Below, one piece after another: positions 1 to 11,260 of a DNA stretch of 46,617 bases (its first letter is position 1; each line of letters opens with the position of its first letter). This DNA comes from Lama guanicoe. Its lineage: Eukaryota. A program made the position numbers and the translations under genes. The notes under the pieces were generated by a model, which saw nothing but the letters and a program-made list of their open reading frames with translations, did no database searches and had not been told where the DNA came from. Location: positions 1-46,617 of the forward strand of contig PNXV01003397.1 in the NCBI GenBank assembly GCA_013239625.1, in the 5' to 3' direction.

Positions 1-620
1 GCAGGGGAGCAGAGGGCTGGGAGGGCAGGGGGCAGCCCCAGGGGTTCCAAGGAATAAGTTGAGCTTGTACAGATGAGCGGAGGGCTACGAGGGCAGAGGG
101 CAGCCCTGAGGGGCTCCAGGGAGCAGTTTGAGCTTGTGCAGGACAGCAGAGGGCTGGGAGGGCAGGGGGCAGCCCTGAGGGACTCCAGGGAGGAGGTTGA
201 GCTTGTGCAGGATAGCAGAGGCCTAGGAGGGCAGGAGGAAAGCCCCAGGGGCTCCAGGGAGCAATCAGAGTTATGACCTGTAGGCTGCGGGCAGGCAGGT
301 ACAGGACTGCCCTGAGGAGATCCAAGGAGCTGGTAGAGCTTGTATTGCTAAACAGGCGGCTAGGAGTGCAGGGGGCAGCCTAACTGGCTCCAGGAATAAA
401 GTAAAGCTTGTGCAAGTAGCAGAGGGCTGGGAAGGCAGGGAGCAGCCCCAGGGGCTCCAGGGAGCAGGTTGAGCTTCTGCAGGGGAGCAGAGGCCTAGGA
501 GGGCAGGGGGCAGCCCCAGAGGTTCCAGGGAGCAATCAGAGCTATCACCTGTAGGCTGGGGGCAGGCAGATACAGGACTCTGCCCTGAGGAATTCCAAGA
601 AGCTAGTAGAGCTTGTATTG
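1..620 (+). repeat. 3' end of switch (S-gamma) region of the IgG2b gene; degenerate ~68-bp G-rich repeats
   Basis: G-rich top strand with units like gagcaggttgagcttctgcaggggagcagagggctgggagggcagggggcagccccagg, same family as 22836-25170; lies upstream of CH1; contains AGCT motifs. Confidence 0.85.
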
Positions 621-1584
621 GTGAACAGGGGGATGGAAGGGCAGTAGGCAGCTTAAAGTAGTCAAGGAAGCCAGTTGTAATTGTGAGAATGAGCAAAGGG
701 TCCGCATGACAGCGGGACTCCCCTGTAACTAGTGGATTAATGCCCGGACCTAAGGTACAACCACATGAGGAGCTGAGCCAGGGTGACGGCTGTGGGGATG
801 CTCACAGGGGCCACGGATGCTCCTGGGACAAGAGTCTCAGAGGCTGCTAGTGAGCAGGGGGCTGAGGTCAGAGGACAGGGATCTGGGAACCACGAGCTGG
901 GGTGGGGTCAGGGGCCCCGGTTGGAGGGGGAAGTGAGCTGAGGGTCTCCAGCTGGAGGACCAGAAGAGGGACTGGAGCTCTCCGAGGCACAGACTCGGCA
1001 GCCTGGCTGAGGCCACAGGGATGAAAGGGGAGGGGCCAAGGAGGAGACCTGCAGGGATAGGGTCCAAGGGGGCCAGGGTCCATAGGGGCCATGGGCCAGG
1101 GCCCAGGTGCTCTGACTGCAGAGCTGACCCAGAAGACACGGGCCCGGAGGACAAAGAACAGGACAGGCAAGGGGCCACAAGCAGGCTTCTGTGTGGTGGA
1201 GGCCCACCAAGCCAAGGAGAGGCCTGCTCACCTAGGGCAGGGCCGGGCTAGGGCAGCAGGACGGTGAGCTCAGGGGACCAGCGGATGCTGCCCGGGAGCA
1301 CGCAGCACTGGTAAGGACTCAGACACAGGGCTGAGTCAGGCCAGGCACCTGCAGGAGGTTAGGGACCTGGGGGGCTGTCACCCAGGTGATCACCCAGCTC
1401 TGACCCACAGCTGCAGAGGCACAAGGCCCCAGGTGGTGAGGGCCCTGCCGGCCAGCTGGTTTGCAGACATTCTGGAAGCACATGGGCGCTGGGCTCAGGG
1501 GTGCCCAGACCTGGACTCGTGACACCCTGCCCGGACCCTCCCAGGGGTGAAGCCCTGGTGGTCACACGGCCTACATTCTTGCAG

Positions 1585-1877
1585 CCTCCACCAAGGCCCC
1601 ATCGGTCTATCCTCTGACTGCTTGATGCGGGGACACGCCTGGCTCCACAGTGGCCTTCGGCTGCCTGGTCTGGGGCTACATCCCTGAGCCGGTGAGGTGA
1701 CTTGGAACTCAGGTGCCGTGTCCAACGGCATCCACACCTTCCCATCTATTCTCATGTCCTTGGGGCTCTACTCCCTCAGCAGCTTGGTAACCATGCCCGC
1801 CAGCAGCTCAACTGGCAAGACCTTCATCTGCAACATAGCCCACCTGGCCAGCAGCACCAAGGTGGACAAGCGTGTGG
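1585..1877 (+). pseudogene. IGHG2B: IgG2b CH1 pseudo-exon (skipped in heavy-chain-only antibody)
   Basis: ttgcag acceptor then (A)[15 protein letters not shown] at 1623-1625 where paralogues have AGA; 1-bp deletion at ~1696 (gtgaggtg vs gtgacggtg); 293 bp vs 294 bp in paralogues; donor is G|ATAAGT instead of G|GTAAGT. Confidence 0.95.
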
Positions 1878-2192
1878 ATAAGTGGACAGGCCTCAGGGAG
1901 GGCGTCCACTCCCAGACAGGACCGAGGTCAGCCTTCCTCCCGGCTCGAACCACATGCCAGTATGGCGACCTCTGTCCAGGGTATCAGAGGAGGAGCGGTC
2001 TCCTCGCCTGGAGGCCTCCCAGGCTATGGGAGGGGACCTCTGGGTGTTTCTATCAGGTCCAAGGTGGGCACAGGCTGCACAACGCTACCGCACATAGCTG
2101 GTGCTGGACCTGCCAAAATCTGTCCCTGCCCTATGCCCGCCCCAACAGACCTGCCCCCTCACCCAGAAACCTCCTGTCTGCTTTCTTTGCAG

Positions 2193-2279
2193 AACCCAAG
2201 ACACCAAAACCACAACCACAACCACAACCACAACCACAACCCAATCCTACAACAGAATCCAAGTGTCCCAAATGTCCAG
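2193..2279 (+). CDS. IGHG2B: IgG2b long hinge exon, [29 protein letters not shown] (29 aa)
   Basis: ctttgcag acceptor, G|gtgagt donor, 87 bp; matches the known llama/alpaca IgG2b hinge. Confidence 0.95.
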
Positions 2280-2401
2280 GTGAGTCAGACAAGCCAACCA
2301 CCTTTTCAAGGGGGTGGCCACAGCCCTGGTATGCTGGGAATACATATGCCCTGGACAACGCTGGCCCAGGTGCTAACTGCCCACCTTGTCTTCCCTGCCA
2401 G

Positions 2402-2731
2402 CCCCTGAGCTCCTGGGAGGGCCCTCAGTCTTCATCTTCCCCCCGAAACCCAAGGACGTCCTCTCCATTTCTGGGAGGCCCGAGGTCACGTGCGTTGTGG
2501 TAGACGTGGGCCAGGAAGACCCCGAGGTCAGTTTCAACTGGTACATTGATGGCGCTGAGGTGCGAACGGCCAACACGAGGCCAAAAGAGGAACAGTTCAA
2601 CAGCACGTACCGCGTGGTCAGCGTCCTGCCCATCCAGCACCAGGACTGGCTGACGGGGAAGGAATTCAAGTGCAAGGTCAACAACAAAGCTCTCCCGGCC
2701 CCCATCGAGAAGACCATCTCCAAGGCCAAAG
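2402..2731 (+). CDS. IGHG2B: IgG2b CH2 exon ([18 protein letters not shown]...QFNSTY...ISKAK)
   Basis: 330-bp AG/GT-bounded exon; Ig C1-set Cys/Trp; N297-equivalent sequon NST. Confidence 0.96.
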
Positions 2732-2814
2732 GTGGGACGGACAACGGGCGCGGGAGGGTCCTGTGGGGCTGCTTGGAGCTACCATCATGCTCACAGACAC
2801 ACCTGTCCCCCCAG

Positions 2815-3144
2815 GGCAGACCACCCGGGAGGCAGGTGTACGCCCTGGCCCCACACCGGGAAGAGCTGGCCAAGGACACCGTGAGCGTAACCTGCCTGGT
2901 CAAAGGCTTCTACCCACCTGATATCAACGTTGAGTGGCAGAGGAACCGGCAGCCGGAGTCAGAGGGCACCTACGCCACCACGCCACCCCAGCTGGACAAC
3001 GACGGGACCTACTTCCTCTACAGCAAGCTCTCGGTGGGAAAGAACACGTGGCAGCAGGGAGAAACCTTCACCTGTGTGGTGATGCACGAGGCCCTGCACA
3101 ACCACTACACCCAGAAATCCATCACCCAGTCTTCGGGTAAATGA
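2815..3144 (+). CDS. IGHG2B: IgG2b CH3-secretory exon, with a net +1 frameshift near its 5' end as given
   Basis: [21 protein letters not shown]...[19 protein letters not shown]; 330 bp vs 329 bp in both paralogues; internal membrane donor G|GTAAAT after 3136. Confidence 0.85.
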   Translation, partial: GRPPGRQVYALAPHREELAKDTVSVTCLVKGFYPPDINVEWQRNRQPESEGTYATTPPQLDNDGTYFLYSKLSVGKNTWQQGETFTCVVMHEALHNHYTQKSITQSSGK

Positions 3145-3248
3145 GCTTCACCCCGGCACCCCAGCGAACCCCCCACCCCGAAGCTCCCAGGCTCCCGCGT
3201 GGAGGCCTGAGCCCCACCCCTGTGTACATACCTCCCAGGCCAGCATGA

Positions 3249-3254
3249 AATAAA
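3249..3254 (+). terminator. Secreted-form poly(A) signal of IgG2b
   Basis: AATAAA ~105 bp after the CH3 stop; same position in IgG1a. Confidence 0.85.
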
Positions 3255-4570
3255 ACACCCAGGGCCTCCCTGGGGCCCTGCAGCACTGTCACGGTTCTTT
3301 CCGAGCAGAGCTCCGGCGCCCGCCGGGCCTGCGGGAGGCGGGGGCAGCCCAGGCTCTGAGGACAACCTTGGTGCCATCAGGGGACTGGGGATGACCAGAG
3401 GCAAGGGATGGGGTCTGCCAGAGGCAGCAGCTCCCTAGGGTCCAGTGTCGAGCCAGCACCTGCTCAGGCTGGAGTGTGCAGAGGACACTGGTAGAGCCTC
3501 CCAGGGACCCTCACGGAAATGAATACATAGTTCTTCCCACCTCTGTCCAAGCCCAACTGTGGGACAGTGGCAGGTCCTTATCCCCGCAGTTCCCGACCCC
3601 GGGGCCTCAAAGGCCCACGTGCTGACACCCTGTCAACATGGGATCCACGCCAGGCCAGCAATGGGGGCACAGGCCTCCTGCTCGCAGGACGCACGGGGAT
3701 CAGGCCCCACATTCCCGCAGGCAAGGTTCTCGGGCCAGAACGGTACACTCGAGGGGACATTCACCTAGACCCATAGGAAACAAGCCTTCTCATGGAGCAC
3801 AACAGCCTGCACACCCCTCGTCCTCCTGCATACTCACGCACACTCATTTCCTGTGCAACTGCACAAAGCGCTGAACCACAAAAGTGCACACAGGCCAGCC
3901 TTGCTCACTGGGTCCTCAACGGGGTACCCGCCCGGGGCCAGACCGGAGCCTGCAGCCGGGTCTCATGAACCCTCTGTGGACAACAGCTTGGTCCCCACTC
4001 CTCAAAGCCCCAGCAGCACAGACCACACTCTGACCACACTGGTCAGCTCAGACCCCCACCCCTCCTCTCCCCAGAACACCTGCACCCCCTCCTCAACACA
4101 CAGAGACCCAACACCCCACTGGTCCCTAGCACGCCGACCCCACCCCCTTGGGCACACAAGGACACCCCAAGGTTGCCTCCGCCCTTCCCTGCAGTAGGAC
4201 CCACCACAGCCCTGCTCTGCAGACCCTGCCTTCTAGGCCTGGCCTCCAGTGGGAGGGAAGGCAGGGGTCAGGGCACCCTCCCCGCAGAGGACCCCATGAA
4301 AGGCACAGCAGAGGAGAGGATAGGGGCCCCCACTGACCAGGCCGAGATCTGGGCCCAAGGAGTCCGGCCAAGACTGAGGCCCAAGCTGGAGGAATGGGGG
4401 ACACGAGGTCGCTGCCCAGGGACTGACCTAAGGGAACCATTGATCCAGCCCCCCAGGGGGATCCTAGTGCCCCACCCGCCCTGTCACAGAGGGACCCACC
4501 CCAGGCGCCACTGACCCTGCCCTGGCACGTGACGGGCAGCCACAGAGCTGAACACCCCCTCCCTGTCCAG

Positions 4571-4704
4571 AGCCACTCCTGGAGGAGGAGAGCTGTGCCG
4601 AGGCCCAGAGCGGGGAGCTGGACGGGCTGTGGACCACCATCTCCATCTTCATCACCCTCTTCCTGCTCAGCGTGTGCTACAGCGCCACAGTGACCCTCTT
4701 CAAG
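4571..4704 (+). CDS. IGHG2B: IgG2b membrane exon M1 ([45 protein letters not shown])
   Basis: ccag acceptor, AAG|gtgggc donor; canonical IgG transmembrane segment. Confidence 0.95.
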
Positions 4705-5052
4705 GTGGGCGGGCCAGGCCAGCGGTGCCTGCTGTCCCCACACGGTGCCCGCACAGTCCGCCTTCCCTGTCCCCTTCCTGTCCCCTCACAGTCCCGTCAC
4801 TGTCTCCTCACTCTCCCCTCTTGTCCTCTCTGTCCACTGTCTGTCCTCCTCTGTCTCTCCAGTCCATTCTATTCTCTCACTGTCCCTCTATGTCCTGGTC
4901 GGGACCTCGCTGTCCGCGGCTGTGCCCATGTAGTCCTCGCGCCACCCCACCTGAGCACACTTGCGGCCGGCAGTCCCAGGGCTGGGAGGCCAGGTCCCTG
5001 GGGGAAGCTGGCATGGGGGCCCCGGCTGTGCTCACACCCGCCGTCCCTGCAG

Positions 5053-5136
5053 GTGAAGTGGATCTTCTCCTCGGTGTTGGAGCTGAAGCAGACGATCGTC
5101 CCAGACTACAGAAACATGATCGGGCAGGGGGCCTAG
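5053..5136 (+). CDS. IGHG2B: IgG2b membrane exon M2, cytoplasmic tail [27 protein letters not shown]
   Basis: ctgcag acceptor; contains the IgG tail tyrosine motif DYRNM. Confidence 0.95.
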   Translation: MKWIFSSVLELKQTIVPDYRNMIGQGA

Positions 5137-6140
5137 CGTGTCCTCTGGGGGTGTCCACGGCCACCACAGGCCCCAGAGGTACCCCGTTCATCACTCCGAG
5201 CTGCTCAGCCACTACTCCGCCCGCTGCCCTGCCAGTTCTGAGCTCTCGGCCATGCTCACCCGCACCTCCATCCTCCGACCTCGCGGCCACCACCGACCAC
5301 ACCCTGCACATTGCTCACGTTCAGGGGCCAGCTGGGCAGCAGGTGCTACCACCAACCTGAGCTTAGGGGTCTGCCTGTCCTCACCGGGAGTGCCCGGGGC
5401 ACCCTCAGGTTCCCTTGGATGAGCAGGAGGCTGGCATCCCGGGGCAGTGGGCAGGGATAGCTCTGTGGACACCATCAGATTGGTCATCAAGCAGGGTCCC
5501 CAAGGGGAGGTGCCTGTGTCAGATCCTTGGTGGGAACATATGCAGCCCTGGCCAACGTCTCGCAGCAGGGAAGCTTCTGGATGTGCCACCAACGGTCAGC
5601 CAAGTACTCAGCTCTGAGAAGGGCCTGGGCCCATGGCCCCTACAGGAGCCAGGCCTGCCAGGAACGGCAGTGAGGTCTCCCCACTCCAGCTTCCCAGAGA
5701 CGGAACTGGTGACCGGGTCCCCCAGGGGCAGGACACAGCCTCGCTGGACACAGCAAGAGGGACACTGGCACAACAGGGCAGTGGCCGCAGCCAGCCTGTC
5801 CCTTGGCCAGCGGCCTGAGTCACCTTCAGCAGGAGCTCCCCTGCACCGGGGGGTGGGGTGAGAGGCGACCCCGGGAGGAGGGAGCCCGACACCCCGGCGT
5901 CCCGGCCCGAGACCCCTGGGCCTCTCCTGTCTTGTCCCTGGATGGGGAGGGGCAGGCCCCACTGCCGGGTGGTGGCGGGGGAGAGGGGGCGCGCTACAGC
6001 CAGAGGTCACGCCAGGCCTGGCTTGGGGAGCTGTGCATCCTTTCTAAACGTCTGGAGCCCATGAACTTTCTGCGCTGTTTCTCTTTGGTTTGGGTTTTTG
6101 TTGCGAGACTCTGGCTTCTCATATTTTCGGTTCTCTAGAC

Positions 6141-6146
6141 AATAAA
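6141..6146 (+). terminator. Probable membrane-form poly(A) signal of IgG2b
   Basis: AATAAA ~1 kb after the M2 stop, preceded by T-rich sequence. Confidence 0.7.
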
Positions 6147-7588
6147 GCATCCTTTACCATTCCATAGCTCCCTGGCAGTCGCTCTGTGTTGCGGCCCCTC
6201 CCCTGGGGACTCCACAGCCTGGCCGCCCGCCACACCCTCCCAGCCCCAGGCCTCAGCTCTCCCCCCACCACACCCATCCCTGGGGTTCCCTGGGGGCGCG
6301 GAGTCAGCAGCAAGTCCCAGGGGTCGGACGCCTGGTCAGCACGGCTGCTGTAACACGCACCGCAGTCGGGTTGGAACCACAGAAATGATTGTCTCCCGTC
6401 CTGGAGCAGCACGTCCCAGCTCGAGGAGCGTGAAGGCCACTGTGCCCACCGGCTGCCAAGGCTGCAGGGACGCAGTCAGGACTCGGTCCTCCGGGGAGGC
6501 CAGACCCTGAGCTCCAGGCCCTCCTGGTGGCTCCATCTCAAAGGAACAGTCTCAGGTCCCGGGCTGTAGGAGACACAGCACTCCCCAGAGGGCAGACACA
6601 GGATCCACAGCTGTCTGCCCTTCGCAGGAAATGCTCCAGGAAACGGAGGCCAGTGCCTGGTCAGGGCTGGCTCTGCTGGGCGGTCCAGGCCAGCGCTACA
6701 GGAGAGCTCAGTCATCCACGGGACGCGGCCCTGGGCGGCTGGACATTGTCCAAGTGTCTGTGTGAGCCTTTCAGTGTGTCAGGGAAGAGGGGGCGAAATC
6801 AACGTGCCGAGTCTGTGCCTCCACGGCCCCAGGGGAGGCCAGCAGGACAGGCTCCTGGAGGGGAGCTGGGACCAGCACTGAGTGGAAAGGGCCATTCCAG
6901 CTTCCTGTGGGCACAGACAGACAGACAGCCAGAGGAAGACAGAGAACTTCATGCAGGAAAGGGACAGCTCGCTCCAGTGGGCTCTGCACCAGAGACGGTG
7001 AGGCCATGGGGCGGGCAGCCGGGTCCAGGGGCATCGCCGGCCCTCAGGGACCCTGCCAGGCGTGAGGACACTGGGCACCCTCTGCCTCCAGGGTGCTCCG
7101 GAAGCCATCCTGGGGGTCTCCCCCACTCGCCATTTCCCTCACACGGAACACCTAACCAACAAGCTGAACCTGCCTATGGTCCCTGCAGCATGCCCAGCCC
7201 CAGGCCCTGCCCCTCACCTCCATCCCCTGGAGCCCGGATCTGCCTCCAGCCACACATTCCCACGGGGACACCAGGACGCTCGATGCCGGGCTGGCCCCGC
7301 GGGTCCTTGAGGAGCACCAGTCCCAGAACAGCTGCCCCCCACCAGGCCTGAGGGCCCCGTCCTGACCCCGGGGCAACACCAGGCCACAGCGCGTCCCCCA
7401 TGCACAGCCCCTCCTGGGACCCTGGAAGCGAAGTGGCCGACGCCTTCCCTTGAGCCCCTGTGTCAGCACCGGTGCGAGCCTGAGCTCAGCTTTCTGCTGC
7501 TCCTGACCCCTAGGGGCGCTGCCCCGGGCAATAGCTCCGACACACTCCTGTCAGTGTCTCACCTATCCGACCCGCACCCCCATCCACA

Positions 7589-7592
<4 letters not shown>

Positions 7593-7620
<28 letters not shown>
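7593..7620. repeat. (CA)n microsatellite
   Basis: ~14 AC units. Confidence 0.95.
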
Positions 7621-7623
<3 letters not shown>

Positions 7624-7729
7624 GGGCTGCCACCCCACTGCGCTCCTGGGCCCCCACCAGGTCCCCCCTCCTCCCGCACTCCAAGGGGAACGCCTGCCGG
7701 TCTGAGCTTTGAAAACCTGGATTGCTGTC

Positions 7730-8340
7730 CGTGTGTGGTGTCCGTGGATGTGGAGAAAAGAAACCCTTGTGCGCTGCTGGTGAGAACATAAGATGGCATT
7801 ACCGTTGTGCAAAACGGTTTGGAAGCCCCTCAAAGACATTTCAGAAACAACTACCACACTTGCAGCAATCTCACTGCTGACAATAAACCCGAGCGAACAT
7901 ACAACAGGTCTTAAAGAGGCACTTGAACACCCACTTCACAGCAACTCCGTTGACAAGACCTACCACGAGGCACGAACTCGAGTGTCCTTCCGGGGATGGA
8001 CAGATGAGCACGATGTGGGCTGAGCGTACAATGGAACAGTACTGCCCCGAGAAAGAAGAACACTCTGACGTGTGTGACAGCACGGGGGCACCTGGAGGAC
8101 ATCGGAACGCGTACCGTGAGCCGCGGGCAAGACGGTGAATCGTGTGCGATTCCACTCGGGTGAGCGATTAGGAGTGGCCGCATTCACAGAAGGAGAAAAC
8201 ACAGAAGTGGTTGCAGCCGGGGGAGAACGGGGGGTTGTTGTTTACGGGCATAGGGTTTCACACGTAAAGATGGGAAGAGTTATGGAGACACGGGCGGTCG
8301 TGACTGCACTTTATGAATGCATTTGCTGTCCCCAAAACCC
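7730..8340 (+). mobile_element. Degenerate LINE-1 3' fragment
   Basis: ggatgtggagaaaagaaacccttgtgcgctgctggtgagaacataa... resembles the L1 ORF2 end/3'UTR. Confidence 0.65.
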
Positions 8341-8396
8341 GGAGAAAGGCTTAACATGGTACACTTTCTTGGGGGCAAGTCCTATTCTTTTAAACG

Positions 8397-8579
8397 GGAG
8401 AAATCTAACCCGTTAAATAAAATCTGAAAGCCTTCAGGAAGACCTGGAGCCCGTGTCTCTCCCTGTGGAAGAAACCGGTGGCAGCAGGAGAAATCTAACC
8501 CGTTAAATAAAATCTGAAAGCCTTCAGGAAGACCTGGGGCCCGTGTCTCTCCCTGTGGAAGAAACCGGTGGCAGCAGGA
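8397..8579 (+). repeat. 90-bp direct tandem duplication
   Basis: ggagaaatctaacccg...ggtggcagca at 8397 and 8487, one mismatch. Confidence 0.92.
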
Positions 8580-9429
8580 TGGAGCTGCACACCTGCCTGG
8601 CCCAGGGCTGGACCCCTGCGGAGGCCGGCGGGCGCCGGAGGAGCAGCTTCTCCACACTGACGGCGTGAGGGTGCCGGTCAGTGACAACGTGCACGGCTGT
8701 AGCAGAGCCCCCCAGCCAAGGGACTGCTCCTTCAGTTTGCTCTCCAACAGGTGTAAACTTCTCTTCTGGACAACCCTAACCTAGAGACACACGAAGGGAA
8801 GGGAACGCTAAGAAAGCTGCTCACGGCTTAGCTAACCTGACGTAGAACAAGAACAGCACAACCCACTGCTTGTCGGCCACCGTGCACCACGTTAAGCTTC
8901 CCGATTAAAAGGCAGCAATACACTTTGTGTTTCCACCTAATGCAGGGGAATTACCTCAGATGTAATATAAAAATGCCAACCCTCCTCCAAGAAAGGCTTC
9001 AACTCCCATTGCCCACCTTACGTACCTTCGGCTGATGTTCACGTCTCGTGTTGATGAATAACCTCCGCCTTGGGTGTCCTGCAGCTTATACGCTGAGGTA
9101 TGTAGCATCACCTCTAACACGTCCTTTGTCACACGGTGGGGGGGGGGGTGGACGGAACAGGTTGGTTATGAGAGGAGGAGACGGAGACGGTGGAGTAGAA
9201 GGACACAGAGCACATTCACATTACATCTACATGTGGACCACGTCTCACTGGAGAAAAATGGAGACTGGCAGAGAGACTCCTGTACAGCCAAGGCGCTGAA
9301 GAAAGGTCCACGAGGAGTCACGTAGGGAGGGAAGAGAGGTACTCGGTTTGGAACGCAGCCTCGGGGAGGGGACCCGGGACAGGGGGACACGTCATGGGCA
9401 CGCAGGTCTTCCCTGGGGAGTGGGCAGCG

Positions 9430-11260
9430 TGAGAGCGTTAGTAATATGAATGCTAACCAAGTTAGGGAAAAGGACACATGAAAACAGTTTGAACCTTTAC
9501 AGGGACCTGGAAAATATAAAAAGAGAACCACTCACCAGAGGGGTACGATGGCTAAAACTTAAAACACTGGAAGGGGCGAACAGGGCACTAGGTGGCACCG
9601 GAGACCCCACGCGACCTGGAAGACAGAACCATGGGAATTACCCAGTCAGAACTACAAAAGGAAAAACAACTTTTTTAACACTGAGAGCAGTTGACGGAAT
9701 CTATGGAACGACATCAACTGTCCTAACTTCGGCATGATCGGGGTCCCAGAAGCAGAAGGGAGAGAGAGAGAAGTTGAAAATGTACTTAGTGAAATTATGG
9801 CAAAAACTCACCAACCATGAAGAAAGAGAGACATTTCCAGGCGTAGGAATCACACAGTCCCAAACAAACACAACCCAGAGAGACCCACACCAAGACACGT
9901 CACAATTAAGTTGGCAAAAGTTAAGGATAAAGAGAGGATTCTGAAGACAGAAAGAGAACAACAGAGTCACGTACAAGGAGCTGCCACAAAGTTAACAGCT
10001 GATTTTTCTGCAGAAACTCTGCAGACCAGACGGGAGAGGCATGATCTATACAAATGCTGAATGCCAAAAACCTACAACCTAGGAGACGTCACCCCGCAAG
10101 ATTGTGGTTTAGACCTGAAGGAGAGACAAGAACTTCTCAGGCAAGCAGACCCTGGAGCAGTTCATCAACCCCCAGAGACATGTCAACGGTCTTCCTGGAG
10201 GGGAGCACACAGGCTATTGCAAGACGCAAGAATTTACAGCAAAGGCAAATCCCGCTAAAAGGCAAATTAAAGCCTGAGGTCATCAGCTAAATAAGCAAAA
10301 GATTAAAAGATACATTACGTAAAATTAACTGTGACTGCAGTAAACAGCAGTTCACAGGAAGAAGCAAAATATAACATCAAAAATAACGGGGGGCGTCACA
10401 GAGGGAACTAAAAAAAACAGACAGGTGAAAAGCTGCTCACATTCCTAATCGTTAGGGAAATGTAAATCAAACCCAAAAGGAGATGTCACCACAAAGACTG
10501 CAAGTAAGAAATATTGGTGAAGAGATGGGGTAGACGGAGCCCTGGTCGCTGGTCGCAGGAGTGCAAGCGGGTGCAGCCTCTGGGGAAAACAGCAAGGAGT
10601 ATCCTCAGAAAAACTAAAGAAACAACTATCACACGGTCCAGCAATTCCACTCCCGCCTGTACATCCGAAGGAAACAAAAACAAGAATTTGCAAAGATACA
10701 TGCACCCCAAGGTACATAGCAACCGTATGAACAAGAGTCAGCATACGGAAGCAACACAGGTGTCTGTCGGCAGAACAATGGATAAAGGTGGTACGATGGA
10801 TACACACGACGCAATAATGCTCAGCCGTGCAGAAGATTGATTTCCGCCGTTTGTGACATTGGTGGTTCTCTGCAGTAGGAGGCTTAGTGAAGTCAGTCAG
10901 ACAAAGGCAAATGCTCTAGGATATCACTTGTATGTGGAATCTAAACATTAATAGAAGTGAGTAAATATAACAACAGGAAAACAGACACACAGATAGACAG
11001 ATCAAATTAGTGGTTACCCGTGTGGAGAGGAGAGGGGGAAGGGGCTACGTAAGGACAGGGAATTAAGAAATACCAACTACTATGTATAAAATCCATAGGC
11101 TACTAGGACTATTGCACAGCACAGGGAGTATAGTCAGTGCTTCTAATAACTTCAAGTGGAATGTACTCTCTAAAAGTATTCAATCACCATTTTGTATGTT
11201 GTCCACCCGAAACTAATATAACTTTCTCAGTGAAGTGTATTTAACTTAAATCTATGTATA
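9430..11260 (+). mobile_element. Degenerate, internally deleted LINE-1 (ORF1 remnant joined to ORF2 end/3'UTR)
   Basis: 9870-9980 resembles L1 ORF1p (NPERPTPRHVTIKLAKVKDKERILK...); 10430-11230 resembles the L1 3' end; A-rich top strand. Confidence 0.75.

Noticed and set aside
5138..7469. Many 60-274-aa ORFs after M2 (and their copies at +24,675)
   Set aside because: GC-rich UTR/intergenic sequence with overlapping frames and no recognisable domains; identity between copies reflects DNA duplication, not coding constraint
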